Below, piece after piece: positions 1-9,500 of a stretch of DNA of 64,000 bases. The stretch is from Macrostomum lignano (taxonomy: Eukaryota). How positions within the stretch are numbered: the first letter of the stretch is position 1; every line of letters begins with the position of its first letter. The translations under genes were made by a program, and so were the position numbers. The notes under the pieces are model-generated. The model was not told the origin of the DNA, searched no databases, and saw only the letters and a program-made list of their open reading frames with translations. The DNA is taken from contig NIVC01001527.1 of NCBI GenBank assembly GCA_002269645.1, forward strand, positions 1 through 64,000, given 5' to 3'.

Positions 1-2
1 GC

Positions 3-604
3 TGCGCGAATCACTACGAAGTGCTTGGCGTTGCCATGGACGCAACCGAACAGGAAGTGAAGCGAGCCTACCGTAAACTAGCGCTGCTATGCATCCGGAC
101 AAGAATCCGTCGGCTTCTGGCGCCGCGTCCGAGGCTTTCAAAGCTCTAGTGAGCGCATTTGAAGTTCTGTCCGATCCGATCCGGCGGCGTCAGTATGACA
201 GTCAGGCAATTGGCTCAGCCAAACCGCGCCAGCCTAATAGTAGTAATAGTAATAATTGCCGAACCAGCCATCAGCCCAGTTACGCGGATCGCAGCACCGC
301 CACACCGCCAGCAATTTGATGGGCGGCAATATGCACTTTTATCCGCATGTTGGTCTGGAAGTACTTTTCAACAGCAGCAGCAGCGGCAGCGGCAGCAGGC
401 CGCTTTCTGCAGTTCGACAGCTGGTACGTGTTCTGGCAGCCGTTCTATCAGTTCGAGTTCGGGCACGCCAGCATGCGCAGTTCTCTGCCCCGTTTGGCTA
501 TCCTCATCATCCTCAGCAGCAGCATCATCATCCGTTCCAGCATCCGCAGAATCAGCCTCATCATCATTACCAGCATCAGCATCAATTTAATCCGTTTACC
601 TACG
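3..604 (+). CDS. J-domain (DnaJ/Hsp40) protein, 5'-partial, frameshifted in this sequence
   Basis: Frame 3 reads NHYEVLGVAMDATEQEVKRAYRKLALL; after a 1-nt gap at 90-91 it continues HPDKNPSASGAASEAFKALVSAFEVLSDPIRRRQYD (canonical J-domain with HPD). A Q/H/P-rich tail follows in shifting frames; the 3' end is uncertain. Confidence 0.8.
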
Positions 605-667
605 GTCAAGCGTTTGTGTTCGCGCATCATACGAAAATTTCCCTTATCAGTTTGTTTAAACTCAATA

Positions 668-1175
668 CACGAGGTGTGGCCAAAAAGTAACGAGAATTTA
701 GCTACAAAAACTTTCAGAACAAAAAAATGCGATTTCAGTCAACCGCTGCCTTCAAATTAATTGCCGCCACTTTCAACACATCGCCTCAGGTGCCAGCTCC
801 TGATGCAGCCCTGGAAGTCTCCTTAATGATGGCCCTCAGCACCCCTGTCACACTGTCCTTAATGGCATCCAATTCTTCAAATCTGGATCCTTTGAGGACC
901 TGCTTCACCTTGGGAAAGAGCCAGAAATCACACGCGCGCCATATCTCTTGTCTGTTGGCCAAAAAGCTGTCTCGATGTCCAATTGCAGCTGTTTCTGATC
1001 ATCAGGGAGAAACTTTGGCACCATCTTCGACGCTCTGCCGTCCATCCTGGAATCGCTTGTACCACTAATACACCTTGTCTCTGAGACATAGCATCATCTC
1101 TATACACCTCATGAAGCAGCTGGAGGCATTCCGATGGCTTCTTGCAATTCTCGTTACTTTTTGGCCACAACCTCT
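668..1175 (-). mobile_element. Internally deleted Tc1/mariner (mariner-type) element
   Basis: Inverted termini GAGGT(T)GTGGCCAAAAAGTAACGAGAATT at ~671-697 and ~1146-1174, flanked by TA. Minus-strand fragments LHEVYRDDAMS..WYKRFQDGRQSVED and CDFWLFPKVKQVLKGSRFEELDAIK match the N- and C-terminal motifs of mariner transposases. Confidence 0.75.
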
Positions 1176-1894
1176 TAACTGGCCGATGCAATTGTGATCT
1201 GTTGTTAATTTCTGCTCCCGTTCTGCTGAGCGCGCATACAAATTTATTCGTGTTTTTGTACGACTTTTCTGTGTACAAATCCGAATGTAATGCTCTTTCT
1301 TTCTTTAAAAGAATTTTAAATATATATAATGTCTGCGATGTGATGCCGTGCTTATATAAGTCAGTTTTAGCACTGTTATGTACTCTCAATGTGTATTTAA
1401 GTGCACCCAAATATTTAGATTTTTTCTCTATGCGCTAATAAACTACTGTGAGTAGTTCTGCCTATGTATACACTGCTACTTGCTGTGAATCATCAGCTAT
1501 TCCATTCTCTTAATATCTTTTTTCTTCTATACTTGCGCTATTTTTCTATTATTATTATCTTGCTTATTGTTGCTTTTTAAAACAAGAATAATTTCAAAAC
1601 TATTAAACTATTTATGCAATTGAAGAGCTGCTAAACGGCTGTACACATTGGAAGTTCTTGCTAATATTATTATGGCTTCGTTTAATTCAAAATTCATGTC
1701 TCGTCTTTTCCAGCCGTTTTGCAGCCTATATAGAGTATAGATTTGCGCGAAATTCTTGTCTAGAATTTCTGGCGCAAATGTTTTTCAACTTGCTGTTTAA
1801 ACAGCTGTTTTATTGGCTAAGCATTTTCTCTATCTGTTTAAATAACTGTTTAAATTGAGCATTTTCATACTGTAACTCATAAATTACTTTATGC

Positions 1895-1990
1895 CACATG
1901 TCGGCAAACTCAGGCCCGTGGGCCACATGCGGCCCGCAAAGCCTCTCTCCGGCCCTCGGTCTTTTGAAACTTCACAATAGAAATCCGGCC
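1895..1990. mobile_element. hAT(Charlie)-like non-autonomous element end
   Basis: GTCGGCAAACT followed by GGCCCGTGGGCCACATGCGGCCC, a typical subterminal motif of hAT MITEs. Related opposite ends occur at ~31100-31166 and ~40880-40930. Confidence 0.4.
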
Positions 1991-2009
1991 CGCTCAAGGT
2001 TTATATCGC

Positions 2010-2440
2010 TTCTCAGTTCTCTCATCTCTTTTTTTCTTTTTTCTTATCTCCTATCCTCTCTCTCCTCTCTCTCGTCTCATCTCATCTCCTCACATCTCTC
2101 TTCTCATCTCCTCTCCTCTCTCGTCTCCTCTCATCTCCTCACATCTCTCTTCTCATCTCCTCTCCTCTCTCGTCTCCTCTCATCTCCTCACATCTCTCTT
2201 CTCATCTCCTCTCCTCTCTCGTCTCCTCTCATCTCCTCACATCTCTCTTCTCATCTCCTCTCCTCTCTCGTCTCCTCTCATCTCCTCACATCTCTCTTCT
2301 AATCTCCTCTCCTCTCTCTCCTCTCAACTCCTCTACTCTGTCTCTTATCTCCTCTTCCCTTCTCTCCTCTTCTCTCTTCTCATCTTTCATCTCACCTCTC
2401 CTCTATTCTGTCATCTGTCATCATCTCCTCCTTCTTCTCT
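2010..2440. repeat. CT-rich low-complexity/tandem repeat
   Basis: Polypyrimidine tract with reiterated TCTCATCTCCTC units; boundaries approximate. Confidence 0.9.
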
Positions 2441-3234
2441 CTAGTTTATGGTTCATACAGACTGGTCCTGTAGTTCAGAAAGTTTTCCTAGACAAATTAG
2501 GTGTCGAGGTGATTTCTTGAACTGTGTGGCCCAACCCCAAAGTGTAATCCTTTATTCATGTTGAATTTTTGTCATATTATAATTTTTTACGTACTTGTAA
2601 CTGGCATAGTATCTGTCATAGTATTTTTCCACTTTTAAATATTGATCAAATCAAATGGCAATAAGAATTTGTTGTGTTCTTGTCCTAATTATTAGGTGTT
2701 GTGGCTAAAGTTTTAGAACAAAATTTGTTATGTTAATTCGTCTTTGTGCCTCGTCGCGTTTCGCAAATTTATATTTGTTTTTTTTTCTAGTTAGCTGCAT
2801 GTTGTAGCTTTTTTAGTAGAAACCTTGCTGGCGCAATAATATATAGTCGTAAGTAAAAAATCAAGCATCGATTGTCAAAAATTTCGTCTACTTTATATAT
2901 CTGCCGTTAAGAAGAATTCATTCCGGCTAAAAAATCTACGTCGTTGCGTCGTTTGTGGCTCAATCATTTATTATTTACTTGTAGTAATTTTTCCTAAAGC
3001 AGCTAGGTAACTCCGCAGGTTAAAGTCAGATACACAAATAACCGATATTCACGTCACACAGTACTTGCAGTCTGTTCCTTCAAATTTATTTTTGTTTTAT
3101 CCTTAATATAAAACCATGCTGTTATTTTTGTGTATATGTACATGTACCTATAAGACAAGCATCTTTGTCATGTATCTACAGTGTTTCTAATACCATGTAC
3201 GAGCGTGATCTCCCTCGTATCTAGGGGCAGAATG

Positions 3235-3450
3235 AGTTTAGGCAGTAAAAGCGTCTGGCTCTTGCGCCACGACTCTTAGTTCGATTCCGTGCGCGGCCCA
3301 CATCAATTTATGGACTGTGCTGCCGTGCACGAAAAATAGCCTGACCGAGGAAATTAAATCTTCATGCGATTCGTCATAACCATGATAGACAGTCAGATTG
3401 TACACATCCGACTCAAAAATCTGGGCCACAGTACACCCAATAAAACGTGC
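3235..3450 (+). mobile_element. Possible tRNA-derived SINE fragment
   Basis: GGCAGTAAAAGCGTCTGGCT... followed by B-box-like TAGTTCGATTCC (~3277-3288); no full cloverleaf. Confidence 0.3.
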
Positions 3451-3790
3451 GTGTATGCGTGCGTGCCTGCCTACAGTATCTGCACGCTTGTATGTGCTTA
3501 GCGTGCACGGCGGAATAAAATAGTTCACTTACTGTTGGTTGTCTAACGATATCAGGCCGTAAGTATTACAGCTTTACTATTGGAGAGTGCTAGCAAACCT
3601 TGCGAATATTTATCATTATCTGTATTATAAAACTTGAAGCAATATAAAGCGAACTGGCAGCTCTTGTTATAAAAACATTTTTTTTTCAATTACATACAGT
3701 AAATTCCAGTCAAATGTATCATATACGAAATAAAGTTTCATATTGAAAATGTTATGGCTCAATAACTAAATTCTAAGCTGACAGCTTAGG

Positions 3791-3796
3791 CAAGGA
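3791..3796. repeat. Left 6-bp target site duplication (CAAGGA)
   Basis: Identical CAAGGA at 26343-26348 immediately outside the other terminus. Confidence 0.95.
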
Positions 3797-4489
3797 AGTA
3801 GAAGGCATGAGGGGGCTTCTGGGACAAAATTTTTCACGTCCTCCATAATCCACCTAAATCCATCCATATTATCCCTGACAGAATCAGAAAAAAAAGGGGG
3901 GTCGCACTCGCTCACAAAACGTCCTCCATAATCCCATTAAATCCATCCATATTATCCCCGACAGAATCATAAAAAAAGGGAGGGGTCGCACTTGCTCCGA
4001 AAACTTCGAACATAATCGTATTAAATCCATCCATATTATCCCTGACAGAATCAGTGCATAACAGATGTCCACTAACACCTGTTATGTTCATTGACACCAA
4101 CATCCACCCATAGCATCTTCGAAACAATCGGAAAATAATCTGCATTCTTCTCCCCACATTCAATCCGAAGCGTTGAAACCAGATCCCTAAAACTTTAAAT
4201 CCCCTAACCCAGGGTCCTCACCCTTTGAAAAAAAATTAAATTTTCTCTAAAAATGTTTCCAGTTATCTCTCCAGGTTCTTATTACAAAGCGCACGAGCCT
4301 AATTACAAGAGCAAGTACCAATGCAAACTAGAATGCAGCGAATACATGAGAAAATATTGGCCCGACGTTGATATCAATGTCCCTAATATTAATCAAGCAC
4401 TTAAATCTCACTGGTTTGAAAAACACGGAGTAGTCATTAACAATTTTGACAGCTATTATAACTTTGCTGAAGTTATAAGGCAGTTATAG
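3797..4489 (+). repeat. Left terminal inverted repeat (~690 bp)
   Basis: Reverse complement of 25649-26342. The outer ~300 bp is near-identical (a handful of differences); the inner part is more diverged with indels. Confidence 0.93.
4253..4489 (+). CDS. Small TIR-encoded protein of unknown function (78 aa)
   Basis: Intact ORF preceded by AAAA-ATG; paralog at 25649-25885 is about 70-75% identical with conservative substitutions. Confidence 0.75.
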   Translation: MFPVISPGSYYKAHEPNYKSKYQCKLECSEYMRKYWPDVDINVPNINQALKSHWFEKHGVVINNFDSYYNFAEVIRQL

Positions 4490-4684
4490 TAGCCAACTAC
4501 ACTACAAGGTTGTACCCTGTAGAGTGCAGACGCAAGATCTAAAAAATACTGACAAAATCATGTGCAGCATAAAGCGGCTCGTATTTGTAAGCGATAGCTT
4601 ACTGATAGTAAAGCTATTTGAACATGGCGCGAATTCCTCACATGGTGGACTAGAAAATGTCGCCATGTGCAAGGGCGTATAAAT

Positions 4685-4815
4685 AGCAGTTCCACTCAGC
4701 TGGCTAGAGGTGGAGCCGACCTCGTGTGGCTATGACTGACTGACGAGGGCAAAAAAGCCCAAAACCGGTCTCAGTCTGCCCCGCATGGTTCGATTCCCAC
4801 TGGTTACATGATTTT
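4685..4815 (+). ncRNA. Putative Pol III tRNA-like/VA-like RNA
   Basis: D-arm-like CTC-AGCTGGCTA-GAG (4695-4709), B-box GGTTCGATTCCC (4787-4798), TTTT at ~4812-4815, internal stems CCTCGT/ACGAGG and GGGC-A6-GCCC. The cloverleaf is imperfect. Confidence 0.3.
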
Positions 4816-4962
4816 CACGAACGTTCGTAAAAATCATGTGCAGCATAAAGCGGCTCTCAGTGGTTACATGATTTTTACGAACTTTCGTAAAAATCATGTG
4901 CAGCATATAGCGGCTCTCAGTGGTTACATGATTTTCACGAACGTTCGTAAAAATCATGTGCA
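4801..4962. repeat. 60-bp tandem repeat (~2.7 copies), each with a 34-bp palindrome
   Basis: Units start at 4801, 4861 and 4921; core ACATGATTTT(C/T)ACGAAC|(G/T)TTCGTAAAAATCATGT. Confidence 0.9.
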
Positions 4963-5200
4963 TAACAGGAATTCGCACGAATTCAACTGTGCAAAATAGC
5001 ATTTTTCTGAGAAAGACTAGTGCGCAGTTGGATTCGCGCCATTTCCTGTCTTAACAGGAATTCGCACGAATTCAACTGTGCAAAATAGCATTTTTCTGAG
5101 AAAGACTAGTGCGCAGTTGGATTCGCGCCATTTCCTGTCTTAACAGGAATTCGCACGAATTCAACTGTGCAAAAAAAGCTTTTTTTCTGAGAAAGACTAA
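4963..5200. repeat. 89-bp tandem repeat (~2.6 copies), each an imperfect inverted repeat
   Basis: Units start at 4963, 5052 and 5141; arms ACAGGAATTCGCACGAATTCAACTGTGCA / TGCGCAGTTGGATTCGCGCCATTTCCTGT. Confidence 0.9.
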
Positions 5201-5463
5201 TGACAGACTTGTGTTTTTTATGTGCGAATACTTGCGAAGTTAACCAACTTTTGGCATAATAAAACAATAGACTGAGCACAGACTATCTTTTTGTGTCCGA
5301 TTTCTTTTGTGTTTTCAATCCTTTCACTAAATACTGGTTAGAAAAAAATAATGCTTGGTCAGTCCAAAAAGCGTGAGGTTGCCTACTAATAAGTAATATG
5401 ACTAGAAAAAATATACTCAAAATTCAAAATAAAACTGAAATAAAATATTTAGTAATTTTAACA

Positions 5464-6326
5464 TCACATTCTCTCAATGATTAACGTCAATACAAACTCT
5501 TCCCCATTAAAATCAACGCCCATCCCATCTTCAGTCTCAAACTGTAGCACAATCTCGTGAATCTCCTTATTACTCAATACAACTCTTTTCACTGGATTTG
5601 GTTTCTCTACCACCATCTGTCCTCCAGCAACAGAGTTGGAGATGTTGTACAAAATATTCGTTCGCTTTCCCTTAAATACCCAATCAAGACTGAGATTGCT
5701 TCTGATTAGAATATTCAAACCCTTTACAATGTCTGCAATATTGGGTGCTAAGAACAAACCGCTTACATTTTCCCGGGCCATTTTAACAGTCCCCGATGCT
5801 TGAGTGGCGGTCCGCGCCGCGGATTCTGCCTTATAAACTTTCTTCTCGAATCCCAGTTCCCTATACCAAGTGTCATCTTTAAACTCAACCTCCGCATCTT
5901 TGTGAACTTGCATGACCACTCTCATTACAGTGAGATCATAGGTTAGTTTGACAGGGAAAGTTTCTTCTCTGGCTTACTCGCATCAGGTGTCTCAAAATGG
6001 CCTCTTTTAGTAAAGACATTTTCTAGAAAGTTATTGTAGGTATCCACACTTTGCGTGCTCACATGGAATACCACAGGGTCTGCTGCTGCACCTTTCCATT
6101 TGTAATAAAACTTATTATTTGCTGCCATCACATTGGGAACGTTTGACCAACCAGTGAAGTCGTTAAGATAGACATGGTAATTAGCGCCAGGATCCAGGCG
6201 AATCGCCTGCTCTAATTTTTCAACAAACATCCCGTTTGAGTCATTAATTCGCCCGGTTATTGTAATAGGAATGCTCTCCTTAGAGTGTGAAACAATGTTG
6301 TTTAGTCTTTCGGCTATAGCTTCCAT
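5464..6326 (-). CDS. Minor capsid protein (penton, PX); one frameshift near 5960
   Basis: ORFs 5943-6326 and 5464-5925 join by adding one A (GAG AAG AAA [A]CT TTC CCT GTC). Motifs YHVYLNDFTGWSNVPNV..NNKFYY, LGFEKK, ILYNISNSVAGGQMVVEKPN..DFNGEEFVLTL resemble Polinton pentons. Confidence 0.8.
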
Positions 6327-6347
6327 TTTTTTTACATAAAAAAATAT

Positions 6348-7634
6348 TTAAACTTTACTGGATGAATTGTTGATCATGTTAAGCTTCACCTTCCTCTCAA
6401 ATGCATAGATAATGTACAGGTCCACGGGTGTTGCGGCAGTCCTTTCAATGTTAGTCACGATATTCACAGGGCTGTTATCAGTAGGCATTTGTCTGGCAGA
6501 CACATCAGCGCCAAACATCGGATATAGAGTTCCATATTGAAGAGCAGTGATAGCAATTCCATTGTTCTCTTTCACAGCCAAGTCGACTAACTCGCTGTAA
6601 AATTTGCTAATCTTGTTCTGACTGAAATCTCCATTTTGTGGCAGTGCAGGGTAAAGATTATCACTGATTTCATGCTGAATGGACCGCACGTCTCCATGCA
6701 TGTAGCGTATAATGCTATTTGGGTTTCTCATATTAATAATGATATACCTTGGATTGCTGCATGATCCCTCTTTGATGCAGATGTTTGTTCTAGTTTCGTT
6801 TCGCTCATCTCGACACATGTAGGCCGTGTATGCAACATCAATGTCCTTCTCTATTGCCTTAAGATAGTCTGCTTTTAGTGCAGTCTTTGGCTCAATGACT
6901 TCCAAATACAGCTCGATTCCGGTTAGCTTCACAGCCATCCCAGTGTGGTCCGCCCCAGTCCACAACACTCTACTGCGATCATCTCTAGTCAGTCTAAATG
7001 TGTAGCTAAAGTTACTAGTCAGTCGATTAAATGTATTACAGAATCCACTCATGAATCTCAATGGTACAAATACATCAACAGACCGATACAGCGGGTTCTT
7101 AGCAGCATCATCAGCACCTTGCAATGCATAGTTGTATCTCTTCTTCCTCTTTTTATAGCCACTGTCATTGATGTCTCCTTCTTTTTCATCTGCGATAAAA
7201 CCCGCACCACTTCCCAATTGAATAAAATCAGGATTCTCGATCAAACAATGAGCGTCATAGACAATTCCAAAGTTGGCGATTCGCTCCAACTCAGTGCTCC
7301 CATTCGATACACTAAACTCCTTGAACATGTACGCCCAAAAGTTACTGATCAGAGCCACATCCGCATCATGCTTGTCAACGTTAGCACGAGCCGCATCCGC
7401 ACCACCCTTTGTCTTGAATTGAAATGTCATATGGAAGCCGCTCTTAAGACTGTGCACACTAACCAAAGACGAACATCCATTGTATGTAAATGTCAGTGTT
7501 TGACCAGGACCAAGATTAGTTTCATTCTGATTTTCCTGACTGGGAACTCTTACCTGAGTCGCTTTGATTGTGCTATTATCACTCAAAATAGGCTTGTTAA
7601 TCTTGTAGAAAACTGGTGTCAGTGGGTCGTTCAT
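6348..7634 (-). CDS. Major capsid protein (double jelly-roll, PY/hexon-like), 428 aa
   Basis: Intact ORF; VALISNFWAYMFKEFSV..ELERI, FVPLRFMSGFCNTFNRL..YTFRLTR, VKLTGIELYLEVIEP follow the Polinton MCP pattern; adjacent to the penton. Confidence 0.8.
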   Translation of the reverse strand: MNDPLTPVFYKINKPILSDNSTIKATQVRVPSQENQNETNLGPGQTLTFTYNGCSSLVSVHSLKSGFHMTFQFKTKGGADAARANVDKHDADVALISNFWAYMFKEFSVSNGSTELERIANFGIVYDAHCLIENPDFIQLGSGAGFIADEKEGDINDSGYKKRKKRYNYALQGADDAAKNPLYRSVDVFVPLRFMSGFCNTFNRLTSNFSYTFRLTRDDRSRVLWTGADHTGMAVKLTGIELYLEVIEPKTALKADYLKAIEKDIDVAYTAYMCRDERNETRTNICIKEGSCSNPRYIIINMRNPNSIIRYMHGDVRSIQHEISDNLYPALPQNGDFSQNKISKFYSELVDLAVKENNGIAITALQYGTLYPMFGADVSARQMPTDNSPVNIVTNIERTAATPVDLYIIYAFERKVKLNMINNSSSKV

Positions 7635-7664
7635 TTTTTAACTAAAAATAAAATAAAATAAGAA

Positions 7665-8882
7665 ATGAAGCGAAAAAGTACACAGCAGATATCTGAATTG
7701 GAGAAGCTGGCACAAGCAGAGAAACGAGTTACCGGGCTAATAAATAAGGAGCAACAATCCTACAATGAGTTTGTCCAAGCAGCCACAGAGTTTCATAAAC
7801 CCGGGTATGGAGAAGCTAAGAAAAATATTGATCAGGTCAAAGAAACTATCGACGACATACAGGAAACCCAAGTGCAAAAGGTTTTGGGCAAAATTCCAGA
7901 AGCACCACAGATACAGCCGCAACCACAGACACAACCGCAACCACAACAATCACAACAACAATCACAACCACAACAGCAACTAAAAGTGACAGATAATATT
8001 TTTGGACCAGTAGAGCGTGTCGAACATGATGGGAAATATGTATTTGGAATAAGTATGTGGAGAAAAAACATTTATAATGAACCAGTGGAATATTATATCG
8101 ACATAAATAAGGAAAATATTTCTGTTGTCAAAGGCTCAGAAACTATGAAAATTCCTTTCACAGACACCTTACTGACTTTTATGACCAAGAACCAAGAGAA
8201 AATCTCCGAGAAGCAGCTAAAGAACTACAGAAATCTAGTGACTTTTTCTCTTGTTAGAGATATAGAAATACTAAAGGTCCCAGAAGTTCTGAAACACATG
8301 TACGATAGCGGTGTCAACCTGACTAAATTCAAAAAGTACAAGCACTTTAAACAATGGTTCGATTTGCCAGATCAGGCGGAAGTCATAAAATATCTAGAAC
8401 AACAACAGCAACAACAACCACAACCACAGCAGCAGCAACATTTCACAGAAGTACTCAGGCAACTGGAAAATGCAGATCCGACTCAAGTAGCTAAATATAA
8501 AAATGATCACCCAGATGCCTGGCAACACTTAGAACAACACTCTCCAGATCGAATGAACAGAATCAAGCAAAGAGTTTTCACACCTCAACAAAGACAGGCA
8601 CCACATGACAGTTCCATCTCTGAAAGTGAGCAGTCTTTTGCATCACCTCCCCAGCAGCTACAAGCCCAACCAACTCCACAACCCCAAGACCAACCGCCCT
8701 CAACAGGAAAAGGAATTTCTGAAATCTACAAGCGAGTAGCGGTTCTTCTAGGAGCAGCAAAGACCGGAATGAAAGATGAAAATAGAAAAGAATTTGTCAA
8801 CATCCTGGACAAAATGATGGAAAAGAAGTATATTGACAAACGGGCGAGAGAGCTTCTGCTTTCGCGGTTCAACAAAAAATAA
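7665..8882 (+). CDS. PZ-like (adintovirus 'GasderminX'-type) protein, 405 aa
   Basis: N-terminal helix ending FHKP, central DNIFGP..FGI..QLKNYRNLV, C-terminal GKG-ISEIYKRVAVLLGAAKTG..EFVNILDKMMEKKYI, as in Polinton PZ proteins; Q/P-rich linkers. Confidence 0.65.
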   Translation: MKRKSTQQISELEKLAQAEKRVTGLINKEQQSYNEFVQAATEFHKPGYGEAKKNIDQVKETIDDIQETQVQKVLGKIPEAPQIQPQPQTQPQPQQSQQQSQPQQQLKVTDNIFGPVERVEHDGKYVFGISMWRKNIYNEPVEYYIDINKENISVVKGSETMKIPFTDTLLTFMTKNQEKISEKQLKNYRNLVTFSLVRDIEILKVPEVLKHMYDSGVNLTKFKKYKHFKQWFDLPDQAEVIKYLEQQQQQQPQPQQQQHFTEVLRQLENADPTQVAKYKNDHPDAWQHLEQHSPDRMNRIKQRVFTPQQRQAPHDSSISESEQSFASPPQQLQAQPTPQPQDQPPSTGKGISEIYKRVAVLLGAAKTGMKDENRKEFVNILDKMMEKKYIDKRARELLLSRFNKK

Positions 8883-8898
8883 TTTATTTCAAGTAAAA

Positions 8899-9288
8899 AT
8901 GCCGATTATTTTTGAGAAAGACGTGGACAAATACTATGACAAAGAGGAACTTAATCTCATTAAACGCGGATCTGGACTTTTCCCTGCAGGCCACTATCCA
9001 AGAAAAGAACGCTCTGGGAATGGCCTTGCCGATTTGATCGCTCAGGGGGCCAAGATTTTTAAGGTCATTGGAGAGAACAAAGAGAACATCAAGAACGTTG
9101 CCGAAGCGGCTGGCAGTGTAGCCACAGCAGCCAAAAAGATAAAGGATACTGTAACACCTAAACAAGAGATTCAGCCTCCACTGGCCCCGCTGGCTCCATT
9201 GGCCCCAAATCCAGACAGTGTGGACCCTGCAGTCTATGAGAAGATGAGGGCTAGCATTAAAAAAGGAAGTGGTTTCAAATTTGACTAA
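8899..9288 (+). CDS. PW-like small virion protein with GxG motifs and an amphipathic helix, 129 aa
   Basis: ATG at 8899 after AAAA; KRGSGLF, RSGNGLADLIAQGAKIFKVIG, terminal KKGSGF. Confidence 0.6.
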   Translation: MPIIFEKDVDKYYDKEELNLIKRGSGLFPAGHYPRKERSGNGLADLIAQGAKIFKVIGENKENIKNVAEAAGSVATAAKKIKDTVTPKQEIQPPLAPLAPLAPNPDSVDPAVYEKMRASIKKGSGFKFD

Positions 9289-9315
9289 AGGGTACTTTCC
9301 GAGGGTACAAGACTA

Positions 9316-9462
9316 GTCCCGAAATGACACATCTAAGTCCCAAAATGACACATCTAAGTCCCGAAATGACACATCTAAGTCCCGAAATGACACAATTAAG
9401 TACCAAAATGACACATCTAAGTCCCAAAATGACACATCTAAGTCCCGAAATGACACATCTAA
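9316..9462. repeat. 21-bp tandem repeat (~7 copies) GTCCC(G/A)AAATGACACATCTAA
   Basis: Directly visible upstream of the ATPase; in frame with it (MTHLSP[K/E])n. Confidence 0.92.
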
Positions 9463-9500
9463 ATTATTTATTATTTAAATTTTTTTTTATCATAGAAAAA

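Noticed and set aside
6945-7661. 238-aa plus-strand ORF
   Set aside because: Antisense shadow of the capsid gene; non-ATG start, no motif, and no A-run start signature.
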